Source: Octopus sinensis (Eukaryota). Taken from it: a stretch of DNA of 64,000 nucleotides. Where the stretch lies: contig NC_043000.1 in assembly GCF_006345805.1 (NCBI RefSeq), positions 12,834,001 through 12,898,000 of the forward strand. Direction: 5' to 3'. A model generated the notes under the pieces. The model was given only the letters and a program-made list of their open reading frames with translations, did no database searches and was not told where the DNA came from. Position numbers and translations under genes: made by a program. Below are positions 1-12,819 of this stretch, piece after piece (positions within the stretch are counted from its first letter, which is position 1; every line of letters starts with the position of its first letter).

Positions 1-550
1 AGACAAATGGATTAAATCAATTACATCAACCCTAGTGCGTAACTGGTACTTATTTAATTGACCCCGAAAGGATAAAAGGCAAAGTCGACCTTGGCGAAAT
101 TTGAACTCAGAACATAGCGGCAGACGAAATACCTATTTCTTTATTGCCCACAAGGGGATAAACATAGAGGGGACGAACAAGGACAGACAAACGGATTAAG
201 TCAATTACATCGACCCCAGTGCGTAACTGGTACTTATTTAATTGACCCCGAAAGGATAAAAGGCAAAGTCGACCTTGGCAAAATTTGAACTCAGAACATA
301 GCGGCAGACGAAATACCTATTTCTTTATTGCCCACAAGGGGCTAAACATAGAGGGGACAAACAAGGACAGACAAAGGGATTAAGTCGATTACATCGATTC
401 CAGTGCATAACTGGTACTTAATTTATCGACCCCGAAAGGATGAAAGGCAAAGTCGACCTCGGCAGAATTTGAACTCAGAACGTAGCGGCAGACGAAATAC
501 CGCTAAGCATTTCACCTGGCATGCTAACGTTTCTGCCAGCTCACCGCCTT
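1..550 (-). mobile_element. tRNA-derived SINE family A, tandem partial copies
   Basis: Reverse complement of GGCGGCGAGCTGGCAGAAACG...GAGTTCAAATTCC (A/B boxes) plus core GTCGACTTTGCCTTTCATCCTTTCGGGGTCGAT; more than 15 copies in window (others at ~1093-1306, 2397-2622, 7397-7613, 8044-8254, 19734-19866). Confidence 0.85.
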
Positions 551-755
551 TCATGAGTCTAATACTCTTAACCACTAAGCCATGCACCTCCAATGTAAGG
601 TATGATGGAAAGAGTCAGATAACAAGTTTCTTGTTGTGGAGGAGTGACATGACTACTCTCATTTTAAAAGAGAATGTAGGGACGGGGTTGGGGTGTAATT
701 GGAAAGTGATATAAATTACGGACAAATAAAAAAAATAAAACAAAAGCAGTCCTTA

Positions 756-980
<225 letters not shown>

Positions 981-1352
981 CTATGCATTGTACCTGGTGT
1001 GCTAACAATTCTGTTAGCTCGCTGCCTTAATTATTATTATTATTATCATTATTATAACAATTATCATTATCATTAATAATGATAATAATAATCCTTTCTA
1101 CTAAAGGCACAAGGCTTGAAATTTTGGGGGAGGGGATAAGTCAATCACACTGACCCCAGTGTTTCACTGGTACTTAATTTATTGACCCCAAAAGGATGAA
1201 AGACAAAGTTAACGCTGCTGGAATTTGGACTCAGAATGTAGCAATGGACGAAATACCACTAAGCATTTGGTCCAGTGTGCTAACGATTCTGCCAGCACTC
1301 TGCCTCAATAATAATAATAATAATAGTAACAACAAAAAATATGATTACTGAC

Positions 1353-1481
1353 CTGGGTTAGTTTAATGTCCATCAGGGTGTTACGGGCTTGACCGATTTT
1401 CTTCATATCAATGTCACCGCTAGGAGTTGAAAAGCCTGGTGACATGGCATCACTAAATGGTGTGTCAAGGCCGGCATATTG
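1353..1481 (-). CDS. PRPF6: PRPF6 coding exon 7
   Basis: TTCCAG|...|GTCAGT; [43 protein letters not shown]. Confidence 0.95.
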
Positions 1482-1529
1482 CTGGAAAGAAAGAGTGAAG
1501 TGTTAGTTAACAAATGATATATAAAGATA

Positions 1530-1870
1530 GATGTGGCTGTGTGTAAGAAGCTTGCTTCCCAACCACCTGATTTCAGGTTCAGTCCCACTGCATGACATCT
1601 TGGGCAAGTGTCTTCTCCGAAGGCCCTAGGGCCAATGAAAGCCTTGTGAATGGATTTGGTAAACAGAAACTGAAAGAAGCCAATCGTGTGTGCACTCACT
1701 ACACTCACGGAGTGGTTGGCATTAGGAAGGGCATCCAGCTGTAGAAACACTGCCAGATCAGACTGGAGCCTGGTGCAGCCTTCTGGCTTCCCAGACCCCA
1801 GTTGAACTATCCAACCCATGCTAGCATGGAAAACGGATGTTAAACGATGATGATAATGATGATGATGATT
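1530..1870 (+). mobile_element. SINE: family C head joined to (GAT)n-tailed 3' segment
   Basis: TGGCTGTGTG..GGTTCAGTCCC head; 3' part shared with 3549-3870 and 4505-4920. Confidence 0.75.
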
Positions 1871-2223
1871 GCGTGACTGTTGTGAATGAGTATTTCCAGA
1901 CTATTTCAAATACTCACAAAATGTTCCCAGTATTCTGTGAGAACATGTCTGGCCATGGAGAAATATGACCTCGCTTGAATCAGGTGAGGGTTGGAAACAG
2001 GAAGGGCATTTGTCCAGAGAAAATCTGCCTCAATAAAATCTGTTCAACCAATGCAAGCAAGGAAAAGTGGACGGTAAAATGATGATGGTGATCATGATGG
2101 CTTTAATGGAGGAACCAGGAGTACAGAGAAGAACGAGAAAGGTTAAAGGAGACAGACGGAAGACAGAATGAGGATGAAAGTCAGTGTGGGATAACTGGAA
2201 GTTAGAAAGTATTGAATATTTAC

Positions 2224-2305
2224 CTGTTGCATAGCATCAACTGATGTGTTTGATGTCGTAGAGGATGCAGCATCTGCTAATAAACTGTCCGGTAATGGTG
2301 TAAAC
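2224..2305 (-). CDS. PRPF6: PRPF6 coding exon 6
   Basis: CAG|...|GTAAAT; FTPLPDSLLADAASSTTSNTSVDAMQQ; phase compatible with exons 5 and 7. Confidence 0.92.
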
Positions 2306-2735
2306 CTGTGATGAAATTGAAAGGATAACATAAGTGGATATGTAAATATCTGCAACTGTCATCGGTATGAGTAACAAAATGCGACTGAATATTAATTCTT
2401 TCTATAATATGCACAAGGCCTGAAATTTTTTTGGGAGGGGGAGGGTTGGCTGATTACATCAATCCCAGTGATCCACTGGGACCTATTTTATCAACCCTGG
2501 AAGGCTAAAAGGCAAAGTCAAAGCTCAGTAGCATCTGAACTCAGAATGTAAAGAGCTCCTGGAGGAGACACCACTAAGCATTTTGCCTGACGTGCTAATC
2601 ATTCTGCCAGCTTGCTCTCTTAGTGGACTGAGTATTAATGATATTGGAACATGTGTAGAGGCGCTGTGCTGAAAACTTGGAGCAGTAAGAGAAGTTGCTT
2701 TTGTTTAGCTGAATGTTAACTCTGATCAAATAGAT

Positions 2736-3175
2736 GAAAAATGGTGAGGTATGATCTTAATCCTTTCGTTACTGTATTTATTTTGAAAAATGGTGAGGTA
2801 TGATCTTAATCCTTTCGTTACTGTATTTATTTTGAAAAATGGTGAGGTATGATCTTAATCCTTTCGTTACTGTATTTATTTTGAAAAATGGTGAGGTATG
2901 ATCTTAATCTTTCGTTACTGTATTATTTTGAAAAATGGTGAGGTATGATCTTAATCCTTTCGTTACTGTATTTATTTTGAAAAATGGTGAGGTATGATCT
3001 TAATCCTTTCGTTACTGTATTTATTTTGAAAAATGGTGAGGTATGATCTTAATCCTTTCGTTACTGTATTTATTTTGAAAAATGGTGAGGTATGATCTTA
3101 ATCCTTTCGTTACTGTATTTATTTTGAAAAATGGTGAGGTATGATCTTAATCCTTTCGTTACAGTATTTATTTTG
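2736..3175 (+). repeat. 49-bp tandem repeat, about 9 copies
   Basis: Unit GAAAAATGGTGAGGTATGATCTTAATCCTTTCGTTACTGTATTTATTTT, near-identical copies. Confidence 0.95.
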
Positions 3176-3371
3176 AGATGTTCTGTGTTTCTTTCAATTA
3201 CTTTAAATATAACAAAGAATTTAGTAAAATAACTTAGTTATCATTCAGCTAGTGTTAGGAACATAAATTGTGACTAAGGTTTGGTGGAAGATTTTAATTC
3301 AAATCTTATGAAAACAAGCTATTTGTACTACAGAGCCAGAGCCAGTTTCAGCCGGGTTGGTAACAAAAGGG
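3151..3371. mobile_element. piggyBac-like MITE
   Basis: TTAA|TCCTTTCGTTAC ... GTAACAAAAGGG|TTAA. Confidence 0.75.
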
Positions 3372-3548
3372 TTAAAGCAATGTGCATCACAGAGGTAGTG
3401 AAAAGATAACTCTGGTCAAATTCACTCACATTGATTGACTTGGAGCTATAGTAGAAGATACTTGCCCAAGGTACTGCACAGAGAGACTGAACCTAAAATC
3501 ACATGGTTGCAAAGTAAGCTTCTTAACCACATAGCAATACTTATGCAT

Positions 3549-3870
3549 GCCGGTGGCACGTAAAAAGCACCATCTGACCGTGGCCGTTTGCCAGCCTCGT
3601 CTGGCACCTGTGCCGGTGGCACGTAAAAAGCACCATCCGACCGTGGCCGTTTGCCAGCCTCGTCTGGCACCTGTGCCGGTGGCACGTAAAAAGCACCCAC
3701 TACACTCATGGAGTGGTTGGCATTAGGAAGGGCATCCAGCAGTAGAAACATTGCCAGATCAGACTGGGCCTGGTGCAGCCTTCTGGCTTCCCAGACCCCA
3801 GTTGCACTGTCCAACCCATGCCAGCATGGAAAGCGGACGCTAAACGATGATGATGATGATGATGATGATG
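3549..3870 (+). mobile_element. Non-autonomous retroelement with internal ~63-bp repeats and (GAT)n tail
   Basis: Repeated GCCGGTGGCACGTAAAAAGCACC; second copy at 4505-4920. Confidence 0.75.
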
Positions 3871-4315
3871 ACTTAGTAAGTTTTCATGGTCTTGATCATA
3901 TTGTCTAGAATGAACAGACACACCAAATTAGTGAGGACTGTTTAGTCTTATGGGGTACAAGGGAACCTCACTAGCATTGATGCCTAGTACACTGTGTAAA
4001 GTGACGATGAAAAAGCAGAGACACCACAGAATTAGGAGAACCCTTTGGTCTTGTCAAAGATGTAGCAACTCTCTAGTGCTGGTGCCATGAAAAAGTACAC
4101 AGTACATTCTGTAAAGTGGTTGGTGTTAAGAAGGGTATCCAGATGTAGAAACCAGGCCCAAAATATTGAATGTAAAAGTGAAATATGATCCGCTGACATG
4201 TCTAAGAGGTCAGTGTCTTTGAATAAGAACTGGGTCTATGAGAACCCATCCAAGCCATGCTATCATGATGAAGGTGGTGGTGATGATGATGATGACAATG
4301 ATAGTGAATACTTAC

Positions 4316-4410
4316 TTGTCTGCTCTTGGGTTTCGCTGTCGTTTGTTTCTAGCATCACCAACTTCAGGTAGATTCATCCAGTCATCGTAGCTAACACTGG
4401 CCAATTCCCT
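4316..4410 (-). CDS. PRPF6: PRPF6 coding exon 5
   Basis: TTTTCAG|...|GTAAGT; [31 protein letters not shown](K). Confidence 0.95.
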
Positions 4411-4467
4411 CTGAAAACACAAACGTTTTGTTCAGTTGACATATCAATTACAGCAGAAAAACTTTAA

Positions 4468-5097
4468 CCCTTTAGTGTTCAGATTATTCAATCCAAAATC
4501 AAAATCGATCAACATCAATGGAAATTGAAGCTGTGATACCAGTGCCGGTGGAACATAAGAGAACCATCCGAACGTAGCCGTTGCCAGCGCCGCCCCGACT
4601 GGCTTCCGTGCTGGTGGCACGTAAAAAGCACCATCCAATCGTGGCCGTTGCCAGCCTCGCCTGGCCTCCGTGCCAGTGGCATGTAAAAAGCACCATCCGA
4701 TCGTGGCTGTTTGCCAGCCTCGCCTGGCTCCTGTGCCAGTGGCATGTAAAAAGCACCCACTACACTCATGGAGTAGTTGGCGTTAGGAAGGGCATCCAGC
4801 CGTAGAAACATTGCCAGATCAGACTGGGCCTGGTGCAGCCTTCTGGCTTCCCAGACCCCAGTTGCACCGTCCAACCCATGCCAGCATGAAAAGCGGACGC
4901 TAAACAATGATGATGATGATAATGCCTATTGATTCCCATTGATTTGAATTAATCATGCATTATCTCATATCTTCAAGATCTTGATGGTGTAATTACTTAA
5001 TGTAGAATAACATTGTAGGGTAGGTGTGAGAGCCTGGATCTGGTCAGTTTGAACATAAAACAGATTAGCTATTTTGGCCGGTTTAAATACTAAAGGG
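4468..5097. mobile_element. piggyBac-like MITE interrupted by a (GAT)n-tailed retroelement
   Basis: TTAA|CCCTTTAGTG ... TACTAAAGGG|TTAA; insert at 4505-4920. Confidence 0.75.
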
Positions 5098-5195
5098 TTA
5101 ATACATTCCTAACAGTAATTTGGTGAACACTGCACCAAGATGGACCACAGTGGATTGCTCAACATCACATGGAATAAATAATTCTGCCATTTTAC

Positions 5196-5393
5196 CTTGA
5201 GATCAGAGAACTGCTGTTGGATCTTGGGTCGCTCCTGACGGTACCGCTCCAATTCAGCACGCAGTTTTTGCTCACGCCGCTCTTTCCGTTTCTCATCCAT
5301 CCTTTTATCGATCGCATCGTATATTGCATCTGCTTCTTCATCATCTTTATCGTATGGATCTTTGCTGCATAAACTGCCGCCATAACCAGCAAA
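5196..5393 (-). CDS. PRPF6: PRPF6 coding exon 4
   Basis: CAG|...|GTAAAA; [66 protein letters not shown]. Confidence 0.97.
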
Positions 5394-5859
5394 CTGACCA
5401 AAGACAAGAACCATATTTCGTTTAACATACATTATACTTCTTTTTATAGCTGTCATTCAGACCAATCTTTTTTTATAGATTACATTTTAGCAGAGAGAGA
5501 GAGAGAAAGGTGGGGGACAGAGAGATAGGGAGGAGGAAGGAGAGACAGAAAGATAAATTGAAAGAGAGAAAGAGTGAGAGAGTAACCATAGTCTTTACAG
5601 GTCTTCCCAAGAATGTGATATTTATATGACTGATGTTCATTTATATGTTGATGTTTTGTAAAAGCCGTCACCTAGAACTGTGTCTATAGCCAAGATATTT
5701 CACTTTACACAATTACAAGAAGAAAATTAAACTATTGTACAGTAATAGTGTTCATCTACTCTCTACATTGGTGGGCTTTACCTAAATACAATTCATATTT
5801 TTTCAATGCAAGGCCCACTTAACTGATTGACTTTTTGCAGCCCTAAAGATGCCACTCAC

Positions 5860-6036
5860 GAATTCACAGCAAACAAGGCCCAAAGCCAGACTTTAGATCG
5901 TATAGGTGTATTTTTACTCACTCCGATGTTTACACATGGCCAGTTAAATGTCGCTATGTGGAGAGCAACGGACTCCAGTAATTTGAAAATTAGTGTCGAC
6001 CAAACAGAAAATACCATCTACAATGAAGTTTTGTAA
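5860..6036 (+). mobile_element. Helitron Rep/Hel (Pif1-like helicase) C-terminal remnant
   Basis: FTANKAQSQTLDRIGVFLLTPMFTHGQLNVAMWRAT...NTIYNEVL* resembles Helitron TINKSQGQTL..VG..L..PVFSHGQLYVALSR...NIVYxEVL. Confidence 0.85.
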
Positions 6037-6401
6037 TCATATTGATATTATCGTTAAGGAATATGTGAACTTTGTATAAGAGTATAAACAAGTGTAAAAT
6101 AGTGTAAGCAACTAAAATAAGAAGTATATCTAAATAACATTTTTATCTTAATACTTTTTATGTAGTGGTCAAAGGAAGCTCTGGCTTTTGTTAGGAGTGG
6201 TCCACATAATCATTCACGATACAGAGGCTGGGAGTCTATTTCAGATTGGGAGTGAATCATCATCACGTCACTTATTCGCAAACACGTTATATAGCTGCAA
6301 TAATGCTGCATCCACCAACAATAATGCGATTTCTCTAAGACATCACCCAGTAATCTATCAAGTCCATTTATACATTTCTCAATACATGTGGAAGCACACT
6401 T

Positions 6402-6781
6402 AGCACTCCGTCGGTTACGACGACGAGGGTTCCGGTTGATCCGAATCAACGGAACAGCCTGCTCGTGAAATTAACGTGTAAGTGGCTGAGCACTCCACAG
6501 ACACGTGCACCCTTAACGTAGTTCTCGGGGATATTCAGCGTGACACAGAGAGTGACAAGGCTGGCCCTTTGAAATACAGGTACAACAGAAACAGGAAGTA
6601 AGAGTGAGAGAAAGTTGTGGTGAAAGAGTACAGCAGGGATCACCACCATCCCTACCGGAGCCTCGTGGAGCTTTAGGTGTTTTCGCTCAATAAACACTCA
6701 CAACGCCCGGTCTGGGAATCGAAACCGCGATCCTACGACCGCGAGTCCGCTGCCCTAACCACTGGGCCATTGCGCCTCCAC
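6402..6781 (-). mobile_element. tRNA-derived SINE family B
   Basis: Head GGAGGCGCAATGGCCCAGTGGTTAGGGCAGCGG..GGTTTCGATTCC; near-identical to 25740-26123 and 54020-54398. Confidence 0.88.
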
Positions 6782-7137
6782 TCTCAATACATACTGCTGT
6801 TATGACTTCCCTCCATCTACGATGAGTAGATTTGCGATTTACTGTAATAATTTGCTTTTCTTTTATTTAGCCTGAAGGCCCTTAGTTTAGTGACAAAAGG
6901 GCAGGCATATATAATGCTTATATTAAAGCAAGGTTATACATTTATAGTGGGTGAATACAGACAAAGGACTGGTATTTGTTTTACCAATCCTTGTGAATTG
7001 AAAATAAAATCAACTTCCATGAGATTTGAATCCAAAATTACTGTTTCTCAAAGACATTTTAAATATCTGGACAAAAAGACAAGGAAATGTTAAAAAGATA
7101 TAAAAAAACAAAAACATAATCAATGGAAATGAAATAC

Positions 7138-7228
7138 CTCATCATAATTTGCATCATTCAAATCTTCATCATCATCATCATCTTTATCATCTTTCTTCTT
7201 TTTATTGGGTGGTGCATGTCGATCATCG
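7138..7228 (-). CDS. PRPF6: PRPF6 coding exon 3
   Basis: TAG|...|GTATTT; DDRHAPPNKKKKDDKDDDDDEDLNDANYDE. Confidence 0.95.
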
Positions 7229-8290
7229 CTAAGGAAACAAAAAAAAGAAGACTGTTGTTAAACCTTTTCATTCTTAGAATGATGGAGCAAAGAAAAGTGT
7301 GCAATCATCATCATCAACCTTTTAACGTCCACTTTTCCATGTTTGCAGGGGTCAGATGGAGTTTGTTGAGGCGGATTTTCTTCAACTAGATGCCCTGCCC
7401 ACAAGGGGCTAAACATAGAGGGGACAAACAAGGACTGACAAAGGGATTAAGTCAATTACATAGACCCTAATGCGTAACTGGTACTTAATTTATCGACCCT
7501 GAAAGGATAAAAGGCAAAGTCGACCTCAGCAGAATTTGAACTCAGAACGTAAAGACAGACGAAATACCGCTAAGCATTTCGTCCGGCTAACGTTTCTGCC
7601 AGCTCGCCGCCTTAACTAGATGCTCTTCTTGTCAACCTTTTTCCAAGGAAGGGAGTATTTCCCATGACCAAATGCTTTGTGGAAGATTGGAAATGAAGAA
7701 CACCACTTGCATGAGAGTGACATTCATAGGACAGCTATCATGCAACATCAAGACAAAGAGACAATAACATACACACACACACACAATAGGTTTCTTGTAG
7801 TTTCTATCAGTTAAATCCGCCCACAAGGCTTTAGTCAACCTGGGCTATAATAGTAGACATTTGCCCAAGTTTCCATGTTGTGGGACTGAACCTGAAATCA
7901 TGTGGTAGAGAATCAAACTTCTTGCGGCACATGCATGTCTAACTATAAATATTTATTGAACTTTTAAAATGAAATAGATCATATTAAACAGACTGAGACA
8001 AAGTTAGAAGCAAATGTATTAAAGTTAGAATTAAAAATATTCTTTTCCACTCTTGGCACAAGGCCCGAAATTTTGGGGGAGGCGGCCAGTTCATTAGATA
8101 GACCCCAATATGCAACTGGTACTTAATTTATCAACTCCGAAAGGATGAAAGGCAAAGTCGACCATGGCGTTATTTGAACTCAGAATGTAAAGACTGATGA
8201 AATACTGCTATGTATTTCACCCGGCATGCTAACATTTCTGCCAGCTCACCGCCTTTAGAATTAAAAAAATATTAAAATTAAAACCAGCTT

Positions 8291-8595
8291 AATACAGTTC
8301 TACATTTAAGAGATGAGGAATTATGTATATTATTTACATTTGATGGAAATGCCCATGGGCATATGGCGTAGTGGTTAAGAGTGTGGGCTACTAACCCCAA
8401 GATTCCAGGTTTGATTCCAAGCAGTGACCTGAACACTAATAATAATAATAATAACATCGAAAAATACCTTAGGAATGAGAACCCAGGTTCGAAATTTTCC
8501 CAAGACACCTGATGAAGGCTGGAGGGTATATCAGCCGAAACGTTGTGCTAACAACAAACAAGATGAGGACAAATATTCATTGAATGTAAATAATG
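8291..8595 (+). mobile_element. tRNA-headed element with hammerhead ribozyme and 12-bp TSD
   Basis: TAAAACCAGCTT at 8279-8290 and 8596-8607; A box TGGCGTAGTGG (~8364), B box GGTTTGATTCC (~8409); hammerhead 8504-8549. Confidence 0.8.
8504..8549 (+). ncRNA. Minimal type I hammerhead ribozyme
   Basis: GACAC-CTGATGA-A-GGCTG/CAGCC-GAAAC-GTT-GTGCT: intact core, palindromic ACGT stem III, one stem I mismatch. Confidence 0.75.
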
Positions 8596-9288
8596 TAAAA
8601 CCAGCTTGTTTATTGTTTTAGATCCATAAATGATGGATGGTTCTTTTGACAACTTAACAGTCAAGAGGGAGTGAAGACTGTTTTCTTTAATCAGGCCAAC
8701 TGAGTTACGTTGCTTGGGGACATATTATTGTCATTATCATTCATCATTTAACATTCATGTTCTATTCTGGCATGGGTTGGACAGTTTGACAGGATTGAAT
8801 GGGCAAAAGGACTGCATCATGCTTTGTTGTCGGCTTCAGCATGGTTTCTACAGCTGGATGCCCTTCATAATGCTAACCACTTTAAAGCATGTATTGGGTG
8901 CTTTATTCTCATACTACTAGCACCAGTGAGGTCGCAATGCAGCTTACATGACTATAAATCCCAAGGGAGCAGCTTTACACTAGGAGATGAAGGGTTAAGG
9001 TATGGGAGAAGGATCCAGAGCAGAACAGGTTTCTTGCTGTAGGGGAGCTACATAACAACTCAGGTTTTAGAAGAGAGGGTGGGAGTGATCGGGTGGACCT
9101 GGAGAGAGAGAGATGAAAATACTACAGCAGCTGTAGTATGATGACTTGAACGTATGACAATGTGCTCAGTGGCATAGCATTTTAAGTTCAAACCTCAATC
9201 ATGTCAGATAAATATAATAGGAATTTGTTACATTTAGGAAACATAGTAGAAATAAATAGATATTTAGACATTTAAACTGAATACTCAC

Positions 9289-9348
9289 GAAATGTCATCT
9301 GCATCTCGAGCTGGACCGATATCAGAACGAGTAGTAAATCCAGTCGCA
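9289..9348 (-). CDS. PRPF6: PRPF6 coding exon 2
   Basis: CAG|...|GTGAGT; encodes (G)ATGFTTRSDIGPARDADDI(S), the hallmark PRP6 motif; phases 2/2 fit neighbours. Confidence 0.96.
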
Positions 9349-10089
9349 CTGTGGAACGAAAAGCAAAGAAAAATTGTCAACAGTGTAATAGTAAGAAAAA
9401 AAACAGCAAAAAACAAAAACACTAAAAGAAAACAAAATTGGTATAATAGTGTAGGATAATATCAACAATTCTAAGTTAATGACTTCATGAATCACAATAG
9501 GGCCTAGGTCTGGAATTTAATCGTAAATTTGGTAGCACTAAGTGAATATTAAATAAATCTCACCTAGGAAGGGATGGTAGTCTAGCACAGCTAAGTTTGT
9601 AAGGTAAGATGAGTAAATATAATTATTCTATACTTTAAGTAAACTGACGTTGAAAGGAATATCTTTTTGAGAGACACAGGGAAACCAATAAGCCATGGGA
9701 TATGAAGTCATGTTATATGTTAGACACTGTGATGATATTGACATCAATCACTAGACCCCCTGCATATAAATATATGTCCTCATATTATCAATGTGTACGG
9801 ATTTATTTGTTATGAATACAATGTGATCTAACTGGCATGAAGTAATAGCTATTTATTTATTAATTAAAAAAATAAAATTAATTCGAAAAACGATGTAGAA
9901 AAATATGTTGGGTCCCAAAGTCGGCATGACGATCTAAAAAGAATGCAGAATATAAACAAAAGTGATTTGGGAAAACTCATGAGGAACACGTTGATGCGAA
10001 CAAAGAATAGTAAATAAATCTGTTGATACGCTTCTAATCGCTGTAATAAATGTATATAAAATAATTTCATATATGTAGCATTTACTAAC

Positions 10090-10178
10090 CCACGTCCTAA
10101 GCCTGGAACATATCCGAGCGGAGCTGGTAAACCAATAAAACTTTTCTTCTTTTTACTGACAAGCGACTGCACAGCCAT
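10090..10178 (-). CDS. PRPF6: Pre-mRNA-processing factor 6, coding exon 1
   Basis: [30 protein letters not shown] matches the PRP6 N-terminal P[10 protein letters not shown] motif; donor GG|GTTAGT; an upstream CTGCAG acceptor (~10199) suggests a further 5'UTR exon. Confidence 0.95.
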
Positions 10179-10659
10179 TTTGAACAGATGAAATAATTCT
10201 GCAGTGAATCTAAAGTTGCTTTCTCATTCGTCAAAAATGAAACGTGGCTTTTGCATGCACTGTTATAGCCCCAGGTCAGTACTGATTGAGCAGACCTATG
10301 ATCAAAGGTATTTCAACCGTGGCCATCCCATCTATTTCCTCTGCGCATGGAATCCAGGACCACATATTTCAATGTATTCTTTTCCGAGACGTTAAGGACA
10401 TGACTTGAAGAGACTTTCGCTGCCATCTCTAACATGTCGAGTAATCATGTAAATACTCTCTGTTCGGCCCGTGGCCCTGCAGTAAATATATGCATACAAT
10501 GTGTATATGAGACATGTATGATGAACAAAGTTTTATATTTATTGCGAATGTAATAATTTAAATAGTGAATTGATTGACGGTGAAATCTTGACGAACCACT
10601 TTCTAAAAAGTTATGACTTGAGATTTATCGTAGATATCAGCTGATACCACACACGCACG

Positions 10660-10708
<49 letters not shown>

Positions 10709-10770
10709 CATTAGTTCTTAACCATTAAAAAAAAATTATCTATGGATCCCCTTTCACTATTTTATTTTAA

Positions 10771-11168
10771 CGGCGAGCTGGCAGAAACGTTAGCACGCCG
10801 GGCGAAATGCGTAAGCCGTATTTCGTCAGCCGTTACGTTCTGAGTTCAAATTCCGCCGAGGTCGACTTTGCCTTTCATCCTTTCGGGGTCGATAAATTAA
10901 GTACCAGTTACGCACTGGAGTCGATATATCCACGAGTAGAGGCGGCGAGCTGGAAGAAACGTTAGCGCGCCGGGCGAAATGCTTAGCAGTATTTCGTCTG
11001 TCGTTAGGTTCTGAGTTCAAATTCCGCCGAGGTCGACTTTGCCTCTCATCCTTTCGGGGTCGATAAATAAAGTACCAGTTTCGCACTGGGTCGATGTAAT
11101 CGACTTAATCCCTTTGTCTGTCCTTGTTTGTCCCCTCTATATTTAGCCCCTTGTGGGTAGTAAAGAAA
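10771..11168 (+). mobile_element. SINE family A, two copies
   Basis: GGCGAGCTGGCAGAAACGTTAG head and GTCGACTTTGCC core, twice. Confidence 0.88.
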
Positions 11169-11935
11169 ATTATATCCACGAGTAGGTTAAAATTATTGTT
11201 AAAAACTTAGTAAACTTTAGCGAATGTGAAATGAATATTTTTTGAGTAAGTTGCTGTCTCTCGCATTCCCCAAATATCTATTTCGGATTATCCAAATCTA
11301 AGTAAAGTGCACATGGACTTGTAGTTAGGGTGTTGCACGCGAGATCACAGTTTCGATTACCGAACCGGGCGGTTCGTTTTGCTGTTGAGCAAAACATTTC
11401 ATCTCACGTTGCTCTGTGATCACTTCAACACCTGGCATGTGGCATACAGGCGATGTCTATTTGATGGGACGTGTGATCTAATGTACAGTACAAATATTTG
11501 ATCGCTCTATAAAAAAAAAAAGCATCTGAACAAGTTGCTTTCACCAAGAAGTTGCGGCACCTCCATCTACGACAGGAGAAATAAAGTGAACCAATGTTGT
11601 GGAGATTATTTTCCTCGGAGACACAACACAATGTGTATATTGGATTTGAACTAAGTACCTTGCTCATTTGGTTATTTTGATTCGACTATTTACTAGTCTG
11701 GAAATAAGGGCGGTAACTCTTTGTAGTCTTATTTTTCGCTGCTTTCCTATACTAATTTCTTCTATAGATGCACAGCTTATATTAAGAAAGGATTAACGTT
11801 TCATATCGGCCTTTTCTTATGAAAACCGTCCTAACGCTTTATCCGACGGACGGAAGTCTTTCCTAGTGCAAACACAGGTCCCAATTTTTTACGAAAAAAG
11901 TGGATTTTTTTTCAATGTTAGCAAATGCAGGTTAT

Positions 11936-12806
11936 CAGAGTCGGCTGAAATGTTCATAGGCTGAGCATGACACTCTCATGGAATGTGACCAAATGAAGTT
12001 CATTTTTTAACATAGTTCCTCTTACTGTCCACTCACTTCCATCAGTGTTGCAGTGCTGAAATCACATTGGTGAAGAAGCTATCCTGTTGGTCAAAATGGT
12101 CATCAATAGGAGATAAGACGTCTTCATCACAGCGATACTGGTGCCCAGCCGAGTGTCTTTTCATGTTAGGAAACAGATGATAACCAGATGAAACCAAATC
12201 ACTAACACAGGGTGGGAGGTGATCAACCAGTTCAAGGCCAGTCACACACAACCGCCATTGAAACCAAGGACTTGTGCGCTGAAGCATTGTCCTAATGAAA
12301 CAAGACCCCCATTCATCGGTTTTTCTGGGCGCTTGCTCTTGATAGCCTTTCGTAACTGCCTTAGTAAGTTGGCATTGAACTTTCCAATGATGGTGTGATC
12401 ATTTTGAAGATAGTCAATAAATACAATATTTTTTGCATTAACGTATAGTATATGTAATAATGTGAAGTATATTTTATATATTAAAATGTTTAATTCCGGA
12501 AATATATCAAGCGAAGCAAACGTAAGCAGTAAAAATACAAATTGCAAGTATTTCAAAATGTTTGTCACTACATGATGAAAACTAACAAAAAAGAAAGAAA
12601 ATGGTGGTGCTTATGTTCCAAAGGTACGATGAGAGGGCTCAGGAGACGGATAGAAGGATGGGATTGAAGGGAAGAAAGATAAAAGGAAAGAAAAGAATGA
12701 AAAGTGAAAAGATAAAGTAGGGGTCTAAAGTGAATGCTAGGCAGAGATCAAATTTCATTTAGTCACATTCCATACGCTCAGCCTATAGTCATTTCAGCCG
12801 ACTCTC
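11936..12806 (-). mobile_element. Degenerate mariner element (Himar1/irritans-like)
   Basis: TIRs GAGTCGGCTGAAATG..TAGGCTGAG / CTCAGCCTA..CATTTCAGCCGACTC; remnants IVFIDYLQ..TI....NLLRQLRKAIKSKRP and ELVDH..SDLVSSGYHLFPNMK. Confidence 0.8.
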
Positions 12807-12819
12807 AGAATAATAATAA

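Noticed and set aside
2736-3175. CRISPR-like array
   Set aside because: No unique spacers; head-to-tail tandem repeat in a eukaryotic intron
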